Shown in pieces: positions 9,176-18,905 of a stretch of 64,000 nucleotides of DNA. Both the position numbers and the translations under genes were made by a program. The notes under the pieces were generated by a model that saw nothing but the letters and a program-made list of their open reading frames with translations, was not told the origin of the DNA and ran no database searches. Numbering within the stretch: the first letter of the stretch is position 1; every line of letters begins with the position of its first letter. The DNA is from an uncultured Methanosarcinales archaeon. GTDB lineage: Archaea > Nanobdellota > Nanobdellia > Woesearchaeales > GW2011-AR4. Where the stretch lies: NCBI GenBank assembly GCA_964469645.1, contig CAYXZV010000003.1, positions 8,538 through 72,537 on the forward strand. Reading direction: 5' to 3'.

Positions 9176-10255
9176 ATGAATAAAGGACGATTATTAATCA
9201 TAGCTGAAAAGGAACGAGAGGTATACCATAGATTTTCAGTTATATTAAATAAGCATATGACCGTTAATGAGTTTTATATAGTGCAGAATCCTGATAAGCC
9301 GCCATTTCTCTTATCACGATGGATAAAAGTAATTAAATACTTTAATGGGACTTTTAGAACTCTCAACCCAGATAAAGTGTTGGTTTGCGGTGGCTCTTTA
9401 ATTTCAGTATGGCTTTTTGTTTTTTTGATTAAGTTGTTTAAGAAGAAAACAGAAATAATCTTTTTTAGATACGATATTGAAAATTTTAGGTTATTTCCAA
9501 AAGGTTTTATAAAAAAATTTATACGTTACTTAATTATTGTTTTAGAAAAATTTTGCTTTCTTTCATCACATAAATTCATTCATAAAGGCTTTTATGATGA
9601 ATTAAAGATGTTAAAATTCTATAATAAAATTAAAAATAAGCCACATTACTTGTTCAGAGACATGCTGGATAAATCATTAATCCAGAAATTTGGCCCAAGT
9701 AAAAAGCTGTCAAAAAGTGATAAAGAGATTCATGTCGTTTATGTTGGAGGTCTTAATGTTGATGATGGTCCCGATATGCCGTCTTTTTGGAAATTCATTC
9801 CGAAAATTACTGATCAGAAAATTCACTTCCATGTTTATTCAAGGCAACCTCGACATATTATAAACAAACTTAAAGAAACAGAAAAAAATAACAAATATTT
9901 TCATTATGAAGGTTTCGTGAACCATAGAGAGCTTATTAAAAAAATGGGGATGTATGACTTTTCAATAAGCATTGTTGATTACAAAAACACCCCCGTCGCT
10001 TGGCAAAAAAGTGCTTTTGGATTTAAGATTCTTGACTCAATAATGGCCGGAATTTTATATATAGCTCCGAACAATCTTACTGCTACTGCACAATTTTTAG
10101 AAAAGAACAAAGTAGGGATGTGTTATGATTATTCAAATTGGTATAAAATTAAACATCATATATCTAAGATTAAAGTGAAAAGTTATCAGAAAAATTTTGA
10201 AAAGTACATCTCCAACTATAATGAAAATGGGCTGATTGATTTTATACTAAACTAA
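9176..10255 (+). CDS. Putative GT-B glycosyltransferase
   Basis: VVYVGG, YEGFVNHRELIKKMGMYDF, FKILDSIMAG in the C-terminal domain; glycosylation context. Confidence 0.6.
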   Translation: MNKGRLLIIAEKEREVYHRFSVILNKHMTVNEFYIVQNPDKPPFLLSRWIKVIKYFNGTFRTLNPDKVLVCGGSLISVWLFVFLIKLFKKKTEIIFFRYDIENFRLFPKGFIKKFIRYLIIVLEKFCFLSSHKFIHKGFYDELKMLKFYNKIKNKPHYLFRDMLDKSLIQKFGPSKKLSKSDKEIHVVYVGGLNVDDGPDMPSFWKFIPKITDQKIHFHVYSRQPRHIINKLKETEKNNKYFHYEGFVNHRELIKKMGMYDFSISIVDYKNTPVAWQKSAFGFKILDSIMAGILYIAPNNLTATAQFLEKNKVGMCYDYSNWYKIKHHISKIKVKSYQKNFEKYISNYNENGLIDFILN

Positions 10256-10275
10256 AAAGATCATTCAAGATAACA

Positions 10276-11220
10276 TTACAAACCTTTTGCGTCCAATTGT
10301 TTCTTAATTCGTTGCAAACCTTCGTCAATGTTTATTTTCGGTTCCCATTTGTTTGCTTCTTTTATAGCGCTTATATCTAATAAAAAACTTAAATCGTCCT
10401 TATTTACAGTTTCGAGTACAACGATCTCTTTTTGTGGATTAAAAAGTTTCTTAATCTTCTCAGCAAGGTTCTTTAATGATATTTTTTCATCACCACCTAT
10501 ATTAAATGTCTTACCATAACACGATTCATTTTTGATGGTAAGTAAAAGAACATCAATAAAATCATCGATATAAACAAAATCCTTATATCTATCAGGATCG
10601 TGATCGATTTTAATTGTATCGTGTAACGCTGAATAAATGAGCGCGTCAACAGTGTTTTTTTTAAGAGGAACACATTCAATACAACCATATACATTGCTTA
10701 TTCTCAAGCAGATTGTCTTCAATCCAAAACGTTGGTTAAAGAACTGGTAATACTTTTCTGACATTAGCTTAGCAAAACCGTAAACACTTGTCAGTTCTAA
10801 CATCGCATCTTCTTTAATGGGGAGTTTACAGTTTTTTGAATATTCAAGCCTAGAGCCAAAGTGAACTAAAATCGTATTCAAATCGTTTTCTTGACAGTAT
10901 TGAAGGAGTTTGAAGTTAAGTGTGACAATGTTTTGTTGGTAAGTTAAGTCATTTTTTTCAGCATGAATTAAATTTAATATAATATCTGTTTTATTTAGAT
11001 GCTCCTGTAAAGGCTCAAAATCTACAAGTGGGTCAAACGAGACAACATTTGCTATCTTATAGAGTTCAGGGTACTTAGCATGTTTATCTGATCCGTGCTC
11101 CGCATTTCTAGCAACAACAGTAACTTGTGCTCCGAGATTAACTAGTCTTTTAACAAGACTAGGTCCAACGTAACCAAAACCACCCAAAATTAAAATTTGC
11201 TTATCTACATAATATTTCAT
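10276..11220 (-). CDS. NAD-dependent epimerase/dehydratase (extended SDR)
   Basis: GGFGYVG, YGFAK, LRISNVYG, DFVYIDD. Confidence 0.9.
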   Translation of the reverse strand: MKYYVDKQILILGGFGYVGPSLVKRLVNLGAQVTVVARNAEHGSDKHAKYPELYKIANVVSFDPLVDFEPLQEHLNKTDIILNLIHAEKNDLTYQQNIVTLNFKLLQYCQENDLNTILVHFGSRLEYSKNCKLPIKEDAMLELTSVYGFAKLMSEKYYQFFNQRFGLKTICLRISNVYGCIECVPLKKNTVDALIYSALHDTIKIDHDPDRYKDFVYIDDFIDVLLLTIKNESCYGKTFNIGGDEKISLKNLAEKIKKLFNPQKEIVVLETVNKDDLSFLLDISAIKEANKWEPKINIDEGLQRIKKQLDAKGL

Positions 11221-11273
11221 CGTCTGTCAGAACACTAACCAACTTATAAAGATATCCATTTGTATGTCTAAAC

Positions 11274-12281
11274 TTATCCTAAACCAAGCTGCTTCATTCG
11301 TTTTATATTATGGTATATTGGATTGTTTACACCATCTTTGATTAAACCAGCATTATAGGCCTCAATGATACTTTTAATTCCATCTTCCACTGTAAACTTA
11401 GGTTTAAACCCAAGAACCTTTGCAATTTTATCTGAGTTAATATTGAAAGATCTGTTATCGTTGCTTTCAAAATACTCAAAAGTAATATCAGGGCCGCATA
11501 TTTTCTTAACAAGATTTGCTATTTCAGTTATAGAAAGATTCTGATATCCTGCATTGAACGACTGATGGTTAATTTTTTCCTTAGGCGCTTTCAGCATGAG
11601 CCCATATACTCTAACTATATCCTTGATATTGATATTTGGACGACACTGTTTTCCGCCAAATATTTTAATTTTTTTATTAACTAATGCGTTTATAGTGAGT
11701 ATATTCACAACTACATCCAATCTTAGCCTAGTAGCATAACCACATACAGTGGCAGACCTCACTGCCACCCATTCAAAATCATCCTTCAAGTTTCGCAATA
11801 CTTTCTCGCATTCAGCCTTGTACTTGGAATAATCTGTAATTGGCTCAAGAGAATCTTCCTCAACAACCTTTTCCTTATCCTTAATCCCATATACACTTGA
11901 TGTGCTTGCATACACCAGTCTTTTGATCTTATTGACTTTCATAGCTTCAACAACGTTAAAGAAAGCGTCATAATTTATTGATTTTCCAAGTTCTGGGTTC
12001 ATCTCAAAGCTAGGATCATTAGAAATGCACGCGAGATGTATCATCGCATCACATCCTTTAGAAGCTTCCACAAGTTTTTCTTTGTCTCTTATATCTCCTT
12101 TAATCTCAATCAATTTAGAATCGTTAATGTCCTTAAAAACCTCTCCGTAAGTGTAAAGGTCATAAACCACAACTTCATAACCTTTCTTTAGTAGATCAGG
12201 AACTAATGCAGATCCTACATAACCTGCGCCTCCTGTAATAAGTACTTTCTTTATTCCATTGCTATTAATTTCCATTTTCAT
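11274..12281 (-). CDS. NAD-dependent epimerase/dehydratase (extended SDR)
   Basis: TGGAGYVG, HLACISND, ASTSSVYG, YSKYK. Confidence 0.9.
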   Translation of the reverse strand: MKMEINSNGIKKVLITGGAGYVGSALVPDLLKKGYEVVVYDLYTYGEVFKDINDSKLIEIKGDIRDKEKLVEASKGCDAMIHLACISNDPSFEMNPELGKSINYDAFFNVVEAMKVNKIKRLVYASTSSVYGIKDKEKVVEEDSLEPITDYSKYKAECEKVLRNLKDDFEWVAVRSATVCGYATRLRLDVVVNILTINALVNKKIKIFGGKQCRPNINIKDIVRVYGLMLKAPKEKINHQSFNAGYQNLSITEIANLVKKICGPDITFEYFESNDNRSFNINSDKIAKVLGFKPKFTVEDGIKSIIEAYNAGLIKDGVNNPIYHNIKRMKQLGLG

Positions 12282-13266
12282 CTCCTAAATACTTAAACCA
12301 TTTTTCGGTTGCTTTTTTGATGGATTTTTTATCCCAAAGAGGAGCATCTTTCCAATAATCAATATTATCCAGCATGATCTTTACACCCTCTTCAAAAGAA
12401 ACTTCAGGCTTCCATTTAAGAATTTTACTGGCTTTTGTAATATCTGCATGCGTAATATCTGGCTCCCCTGGTCTTTTAGGAATTTGTACTGTAGGACCTC
12501 CAATTAGTTTTGCAAGGTAATTGACTGATTGAGGGTTTTGAGTTCCAATATTTATTATCTCTCCATTTACATCAGACTCAGCAGCAATTAAATTTGCTTT
12601 AGTCGTATCAGTTACATAGATAAAATCCCGAGTCTGAGTGCCGTCACCAACAATAGTTAGCGGCTTATTTTCGAGCTTTTGCTTTAAGAACACCTTAAAG
12701 ACTGCTCCATAAGTGTTATTAGTCCTTGCCCTTGTACCATAGACATTAAAGTACCTCAAAGAGATGACTGGAAGTTTATAAAGTTTATTCCAAAATAATG
12801 CATACTGTTCTGAAATATACTTTGTAAAGGCATAAGGATATTGTGGCCTTACCTCTGCCGTTTCCGGAGTAGGGTATTTGTCTGGTATCCCATAACATGA
12901 AGATGATGCGCTAAATACTAATTTTTTTATGTTATGCTTTCTGGAAGCTTCCAAAACTCTTATAGTTCCAGTAACATTTGCATTATGGTATTTGGTGGGC
13001 TCTTCAATTGAAGGCACAATATCGGCCAATGCTGCCATATGAAAAACATAATCAGTATCTTTGAATAAAGAGTCATCGAATTCTTTAGAAATATCAATCT
13101 CATAAAATTTATATTTGGGATCGTCTTTAAAGATATCCACATTATCTTTCTGTCCATTGGAAAAATCATCAATACCTGTAACCTCATAGCCCTTATCCAG
13201 CAGAAGCTCTGCCATATGACTTCCAATGAATCCTGCACAACCTGTCACAATAGCTTTTTTATCCAT
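12265..13266 (-). CDS. NAD-dependent epimerase (UDP-hexose 4-epimerase-like)
   Basis: TGCAGFIG, SASSSCYG, YAFTK, LRYFNVYG, GDGTQTRDFIYV. Confidence 0.9.
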   Translation of the reverse strand: MDKKAIVTGCAGFIGSHMAELLLDKGYEVTGIDDFSNGQKDNVDIFKDDPKYKFYEIDISKEFDDSLFKDTDYVFHMAALADIVPSIEEPTKYHNANVTGTIRVLEASRKHNIKKLVFSASSSCYGIPDKYPTPETAEVRPQYPYAFTKYISEQYALFWNKLYKLPVISLRYFNVYGTRARTNNTYGAVFKVFLKQKLENKPLTIVGDGTQTRDFIYVTDTTKANLIAAESDVNGEIINIGTQNPQSVNYLAKLIGGPTVQIPKRPGEPDITHADITKASKILKWKPEVSFEEGVKIMLDNIDYWKDAPLWDKKSIKKATEKWFKYLGDENGN

Positions 13267-13393
13267 GCCCTAATTGGGTAATTATGTCCATTCTTAAATC
13301 TTTTCATAAACCAGGATGTATCAATAATTCATAAAGTATTTAAAAGCTCCAGAGTTTTTTACACTGGAAAATGCATCAGAATAAGAGAGTGCA

Positions 13394-14005
13394 ATGTTAA
13401 TGATGGACAACAAGCAATATATTAAAAAATATTTTTCCGATATGAAGGAAGTGATTGAAAAGCTGTCAATGGATGACATAGATAAGGTCATAGACATTCT
13501 TTTTGAAGCGTGGAAAAACGGAAATAAAGTATATACTATGGGCAATGGAGGTTCAGCTTCCACAGCCACTCATCTTGCAGCAGACCTGGCTAAATCCGCT
13601 ATAGTTAAGGGCAAGAAAAGGTTTAAGGTTATTGGATTGACCGACAACATACCATTAATGAGCGCTTGGACTAACGACAATGGTTTTGAAAACCTGTTTA
13701 CGGGACAGCTTGAAAACCTTATTGAGCCGGGAGATGTCCTTATAGGATTCTCTGTTCATGGTGGGGCAGGTTCCGGCAATGCCGGCGCATGGTCTCAAAA
13801 CCTTCTGAAAGCCATGAAATTTACCAAAGAAAAAGGTGGGAAAAATATAGGGTTTTCGGGTTTTGACGGAGGTTTATTTAAAGAATTCGCTGATGCGTGT
13901 GTAGTTGTTCCGATAAACTCCACCCCTCAAGTAGAGGCATTTCATGTTGTTCTTCACCACCTCATCGTCTTTGGCCTTAAGGAAAAAATCAAGGATGAAG
14001 GATAA
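13394..14005 (+). CDS. gmhA: Sedoheptulose-7-phosphate isomerase (SIS domain)
   Basis: GNGGSASTATH, TAWTND-like SAWTNDNGFENLF, GFDGG, PQVEAFH. Confidence 0.85.
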   Translation: MLMMDNKQYIKKYFSDMKEVIEKLSMDDIDKVIDILFEAWKNGNKVYTMGNGGSASTATHLAADLAKSAIVKGKKRFKVIGLTDNIPLMSAWTNDNGFENLFTGQLENLIEPGDVLIGFSVHGGAGSGNAGAWSQNLLKAMKFTKEKGGKNIGFSGFDGGLFKEFADACVVVPINSTPQVEAFHVVLHHLIVFGLKEKIKDEG

Positions 14006-14014
14006 TAAAATAAT

Positions 14015-14026
14015 AACCTTTTTAAA
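14015..14026 (+). promoter_or_regulatory. Archaeal BRE/TATA element upstream of transaldolase
   Basis: AACCTTTTTAAA; the same motif recurs at 39682-39693, 61531-61542 and on the minus strand at 32497-32516 and 32676-32695. Confidence 0.6.
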
Positions 14027-14086
14027 TCAATAGACGTTGTTTTTATAGATGACTAACTTAAAAATAAAAATTTATCTTGGGGAAAA

Positions 14087-14734
14087 ATGGAAATTTTTGT
14101 AGATACTGCTTCTTTAGAAGACTTAAAAGAACTTTTAAGTTGGGGTATAGTATCTGGATGTACTACAAACCCAAAAATCTGTGCTGAAGAAGGTGCAGAT
14201 TTTGAGACTAGAATGAAAGAGATACTTTCATTAGTCAAGGGACCGGTGAGTATAGAAGTTACAACAAATGATTATGATTTAATGGTAGAAGAAGCAAAAA
14301 AATACGCTTCATGGAGTAAAAATGCTGTAATAAAGGTTCCAATGAATGTTCCTGGCCTAAAGGCTGTAAAAACTCTAAAAGAGAATGGTATAAAAACAAA
14401 TGTGACTGCATGTATGTCAGCAAAACAGGCAATTCTTCCTGCGCTGGCAGGGGCTGATTATGTAAGCCTTTTCTGGGCAAGAATAGAGGATATGGGTTAT
14501 AATGCTCAAACTATTGCTGAAGAAACTGTTAAGGTTTTCAAGGATAACAATGTAAAGTCAAAAATAATACTTGGTAGTTTTAGGCAGATCTCCCACATAA
14601 ACCGGGCAATGTTGACTGGTGCGCAAGTTCTTACAATACCCCCAAAAATATTAAAAGAGATGGTAAGCAATCCAAGAACTACAGAAACTATACAAGAATT
14701 TTTAGATTATTGGGAGAAATTTAAAGATAAATAA
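14087..14734 (+). CDS. tal: Transaldolase (short Tal/FSA type)
   Basis: FVDTA, GCTTNP, VIKVP (Schiff-base Lys), TNVT, YVSLFWAR, LTIPP. Confidence 0.88.
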   Translation: MEIFVDTASLEDLKELLSWGIVSGCTTNPKICAEEGADFETRMKEILSLVKGPVSIEVTTNDYDLMVEEAKKYASWSKNAVIKVPMNVPGLKAVKTLKENGIKTNVTACMSAKQAILPALAGADYVSLFWARIEDMGYNAQTIAEETVKVFKDNNVKSKIILGSFRQISHINRAMLTGAQVLTIPPKILKEMVSNPRTTETIQEFLDYWEKFKDK

Positions 14735-14754
14735 GGTTTAGAAAACTTCTCAAA

Positions 14755-15798
14755 ATGGAAAATCAGGGATTAGACGAAATAAAAAAGAAATATCCTATAG
14801 AACGTGTAAAGGAGATAATATCACAATTTAAAAATATTAAGACACTTGTAATAGGAGATACAATAATTGATGAGTATCATTTTACACGTAGCAAGGGCAG
14901 GGCAACTAAAGATCCGATCCTTTCTGTAGATTACGTAAGGCATGAAGCTTATGCTGGAGGTATTCTGGCAATTGCAAACCATATTAGTGGATTTGTAGAT
15001 GAAGTCGCGTGTGTTACCCTCCTTGGAGACCATGAAGACAAAAAAGACCTTATCATGAAATCTCTGAACAAGAATGTTTCTTTAAAATTCTTTGTTAAGA
15101 AGAACACTCCAACAACTATAAAAAAGAGGTATTTGAATATTACTCATAATGAAAAACTATTCAAAGTGGAGCACATCAATGATGTTCCAATTTCCGGGCA
15201 TCTTGAACAGGAATTCATAGATTATTTGGAACAAGAATTGCCTAAATATGATATGGTTTTCGTTGGAGACTTCGGCCACGGACTAATTACAAGCAAGATT
15301 ATAAAGGTTTTAGAAGAAAAATCAAAATATTTGGCTGTCAATGTACAATCCAATAGCACCAATCTCGGATTCAACTATGTAACCAAATATAATTCTCCAA
15401 CTTTCCTTACTATGGATGTCCAGGAACTAAGATATGCAGTGGAAGATCGATTCAGTGATGTTCCTGCACTTATGAATAATCTGCATAAGACAACTGGTTT
15501 CAACAAATTCCTAGTCACCATGAGTAAAGATGGTTCAGGCTATTTCAATTCTGGAAAGCAGGGTTTTTTTCCCGCATTTGTTATGAAACCGCAAGATACT
15601 GTAGGGGCTGGAGACGCTGTTTTTTCTATAATACCTTTATTTGATTACCATAATTGTGGTGATGTCATACCTTTCATAGCAAACTGCATTGGAGGTATTG
15701 CTGTCTCCTATATGGGAAATAAGAACTCTGTAACAAAAAAGAGCTTATTGGACTTTATTGAAGAAGTATATAACGGAAATAAGAAAATCAATAACTAA
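14755..15798 (+). CDS. PfkB-family sugar kinase (HldE/RfaE domain I-like)
   Basis: VIGDTIIDEY, DFGHG, DTVGAGDA anion hole. Confidence 0.85.
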   Translation: MENQGLDEIKKKYPIERVKEIISQFKNIKTLVIGDTIIDEYHFTRSKGRATKDPILSVDYVRHEAYAGGILAIANHISGFVDEVACVTLLGDHEDKKDLIMKSLNKNVSLKFFVKKNTPTTIKKRYLNITHNEKLFKVEHINDVPISGHLEQEFIDYLEQELPKYDMVFVGDFGHGLITSKIIKVLEEKSKYLAVNVQSNSTNLGFNYVTKYNSPTFLTMDVQELRYAVEDRFSDVPALMNNLHKTTGFNKFLVTMSKDGSGYFNSGKQGFFPAFVMKPQDTVGAGDAVFSIIPLFDYHNCGDVIPFIANCIGGIAVSYMGNKNSVTKKSLLDFIEEVYNGNKKINN

Positions 15799-16856
15799 AT
15801 ATCATCAAATTCTTTTTTCAATGCGCTGTAATTCTTACCTGTGACATCTATGAATTTGACTTTGAGGTTTCTAGCCAGACCGGCATCATCTTGATTATTA
15901 CCGATAATAACAATCTTGTCAAAATTCTTTATATTTTTGTTAAGTTCCTGCAGGGCTTCCATCAGCATATCCTGGCTTGGTTTTCTTCTAGATTTTTCTT
16001 TAACAAATTCTGGCACAAATTTAACATCTTTCATGGAGTCTGCATAGGTTGCATCAACATCAGGGCAAAACTTCCAATTATCTATTATAATGCCTCTCTT
16101 CCTCAATAAATCATCAATATAATCGTTCACTGATTTAAATGTTGCAACATCAAAATATCCGCGCGCAACTCCTTGCTGGTTACTCATAACAACTTTTACC
16201 GTATCATAAATTGTTTGTATGTACATAACGAAATCAAGAACATCATCTTTCAGTACTACCTGATTACGCCAATTTTTATCTTTTCCAAGATATAGCACAT
16301 CCTCTATAAGGGTCCCATCACGGTCAATCCCCAAAAGTATCTTTTCACGCTTGACATGGTCTTGTATATGTTTTATTATCTCTGTTGAAGAAAGTTTTTG
16401 ATCTGTAGTATATTTTATCTCTCCTCCTACTTCTTTTATTGCTTTCCTATCTGACGTTATGCCTGGAGTATTTTTATTTGCATAATCCGGTCCTTTAATA
16501 AATACATTAGGTTTTATCAGATATATAACTTTATCTGCAGTCAGATAGTTACTGATAAAAACATAATCAACTGTTTTTATTTGGCTAACAGAATATGCCC
16601 TCATCTGTTCATCAAAAACAGGTTTTCTTTTTTTTCTTTTTTCTACGTATTTATCAGATGTTATTCCAACTACAAGAACATCGCAATATTTTTTTGCGCT
16701 AATAAAATGAGCAACGTGTCCAGGATGTAAGAGATCAAAAGCTCCAACACATAATCCGATTATTTTATTATCTTTCTTCAAATTAGAAATAACAGTAATT
16801 AATGCTTCCTCCGTTAAGAAATTGGGAGAATTGTAACTACCTTTTACCTGAGTCAT
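15795..16856 (-). CDS. Fusion of RfaE domain II-like sugar-1-phosphate nucleotidyltransferase and GmhB-like HAD phosphatase
   Basis: GAFDLLHPGH, KGPDY, SSTEII, then GIDRDGTL, SNQQGVARG, RRKPS. Confidence 0.85.
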   Translation of the reverse strand: MTQVKGSYNSPNFLTEEALITVISNLKKDNKIIGLCVGAFDLLHPGHVAHFISAKKYCDVLVVGITSDKYVEKRKKRKPVFDEQMRAYSVSQIKTVDYVFISNYLTADKVIYLIKPNVFIKGPDYANKNTPGITSDRKAIKEVGGEIKYTTDQKLSSTEIIKHIQDHVKREKILLGIDRDGTLIEDVLYLGKDKNWRNQVVLKDDVLDFVMYIQTIYDTVKVVMSNQQGVARGYFDVATFKSVNDYIDDLLRKRGIIIDNWKFCPDVDATYADSMKDVKFVPEFVKEKSRRKPSQDMLMEALQELNKNIKNFDKIVIIGNNQDDAGLARNLKVKFIDVTGKNYSALKKEFDDI

Positions 16857-16915
16857 AGGCAGTAAATAACTCGGGAGGTTATAAAAATATTACTGTTTTA
16901 GTAAATGGGCTTATG

Positions 16916-16976
16916 AGTAAGATTAGAAACATATTTAAATCGACATGGGTTAGTTTCTTGCATGGAAATAGTAGTA
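16916..16976 (+). repeat. Degenerate direct repeat copy A2: intact promoter and start of the GT2 gene
   Basis: Matches 9107-9166 (19-bp identical core). Confidence 0.7.
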
Positions 16977-17846
16977 ACAATACCTGCATATAACGAGGAA
17001 GACACCATAGGTAGAGTAATCAGTAATATTAACGAAGTGATGAAAAGCAATAGGTACAGCTACAAAATCCTTGTCACCGATGATGGCAGCAAAGATAAGA
17101 CCGCAGAAGTGGCAAAAAAAGCAGGTGCCGTAGTTTACTCTCACCCAAAAAATTACGGGCTGGCTGAGACATTTACAACAGAAGTAGAGGAAGCCCTTAA
17201 ATTAGGTGCTGATGTGATTGTACACATAGATGCTGATACTCAATACAAGCCAGAAGAGATACCTAAGCTAATTAATGAAATAGACAAGGGATATGATCTT
17301 GTCTTAGGCAGCAGGTTTAAAGGTACTATTGAGAGTATGCCCTTCATAAAAAAAGCTGGTAACAGGGCTTTCTCAAGGGTCATCTCCAATATAACTGGAA
17401 TAGAGATTTCTGATGCTCAAACCGGATTTAGGGCTTTTACTAAGGAGGTTGCTGAAAGGATAAAAATTACTTCTGGGCACACTTACACACAAGAGCAGAT
17501 TATAAGGGCTGTAAAGGAAAAATTCAGGATAAAAGAAGTTCCAGTGTATTTTGCAAAAAGAAAGGATAAAAGTAGGCTCATATCCAACCCGTTCGAATAT
17601 GCAATAAGGGCATGGATTAATATTATAAGGATTTACAGGGATTACGAACCGCTTAAATTTTTTGGTGTAATGGGGACATTGATATTCCTTACGGGATTTA
17701 TTCTAGGGCTTTATCTGACCTACATTCAGATATTTGGAGAAGGTGTCAACAGGCATTTGGGATTGATGACGTTGGACATACTTGTTCTAAGTATTGGATT
17801 ACAGATAATAATATTCGGATTTATTGCTGACATGCTCAGAAAATAA
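16962..17846 (+). CDS. GT2 glycosyltransferase (dolichol-phosphate mannose synthase-like)
   Basis: IPAYNEE, DDGSKD, DAD, GSRF, SDAQTGFRAF, two C-terminal TMs. Confidence 0.92.
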   Translation: MEIVVTIPAYNEEDTIGRVISNINEVMKSNRYSYKILVTDDGSKDKTAEVAKKAGAVVYSHPKNYGLAETFTTEVEEALKLGADVIVHIDADTQYKPEEIPKLINEIDKGYDLVLGSRFKGTIESMPFIKKAGNRAFSRVISNITGIEISDAQTGFRAFTKEVAERIKITSGHTYTQEQIIRAVKEKFRIKEVPVYFAKRKDKSRLISNPFEYAIRAWINIIRIYRDYEPLKFFGVMGTLIFLTGFILGLYLTYIQIFGEGVNRHLGLMTLDILVLSIGLQIIIFGFIADMLRK

Positions 17847-17849
17847 ATA

Positions 17850-18905
17850 TTATTTTTTGATCCTCTTATAAGCTTCTCTTAATGTAACAAATTCTACATC
17901 ATCATGTTTTTTTGCAAATGATATGAATGAGTCTAAATCTCTCAATGCCTGCACATATTTACCATCTTTGGTTGTAGCTTCTGAGCTATGTGTCATGACG
18001 ACAAAAGGGAAGGGTTTTTTTGATCTGTCTGCTTTCTTGTAATATTCTGCAAATGCTTTGTTAAGCAAAACAAAATATATTGGGTCAGCTCTCATCTTTG
18101 AACCAAAAAAATCAAATGTTGCTATTGGTATTTCAGTAATATCTGAGTTATTGTGTTTTGTTTCTTGGTAGTTGGTTGTGCTAAGTTTCCAATGGTAATG
18201 GCCGTTTACCTTGCTCCAGTCATATTTCATTGTATCACCAGTATGCCCTTTGATGCCAGGAATTGCAGAGCTGTCAATCTTAAAACCGACCTTATCTAAT
18301 GCTTTCGCCCCTCCGGAATCCAAGGCCCAATTACCCCATCTAAAGCTTATAAGGTCTTTGGCAACAGTTTTCCCAAGGTTTTCTTTTATCAATTCTTTTC
18401 CGGCTTTTATAATCCTTAATTTCTCTTCATAATTGTAAAAAAAGGCGCTTGTCGCACCATATTTTTTTGAAAGCTTCTTTTGTATTGAAAAATCAGAGTC
18501 AGCGTGTGAATGCAGCCCAATCTCATGCCCTTTCTTAATTACATTTTTAAGTTCCTTAGTTATTTGATTGTAGGCCTTTCCTTCAGCTGAAAAACACTGC
18601 GTAGAAAGAAAAAAAGTTGTCTTGATCCCATGTTTATCGAAAACTTTCATAAGGTTTCTTATACCATAATAATAGCCTTGAAACGCAGCAGGATTTTCTA
18701 TTTGCCATACTCTTCTTTCACTTGACTCGACATATCCTGATTCTGTATCTGTAGTTATTACAACAAGAAAGGGGTATTTTTTTGGAAGCTTGCCAGGAAG
18801 GTTTCTTACTTTTACTCCAACCGATAAAATTCGTAAGATTATCCTTCCAAAGAAACTGGAAAAAAATCTATACCATAGTAATCGCATTTTTAGGGCTGTT
18901 TTCAT
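17850..18905 (-). CDS. Polysaccharide deacetylase family protein
   Basis: TTDTE, KTTFF, GHEIGLHSH, SFRWGNW, DSS, VMTHSSE. Confidence 0.8.
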   Translation of the reverse strand: MKTALKMRLLWYRFFSSFFGRIILRILSVGVKVRNLPGKLPKKYPFLVVITTDTESGYVESSERRVWQIENPAAFQGYYYGIRNLMKVFDKHGIKTTFFLSTQCFSAEGKAYNQITKELKNVIKKGHEIGLHSHADSDFSIQKKLSKKYGATSAFFYNYEEKLRIIKAGKELIKENLGKTVAKDLISFRWGNWALDSGGAKALDKVGFKIDSSAIPGIKGHTGDTMKYDWSKVNGHYHWKLSTTNYQETKHNNSDITEIPIATFDFFGSKMRADPIYFVLLNKAFAEYYKKADRSKKPFPFVVMTHSSEATTKDGKYVQALRDLDSFISFAKKHDDVEFVTLREAYKRIKK

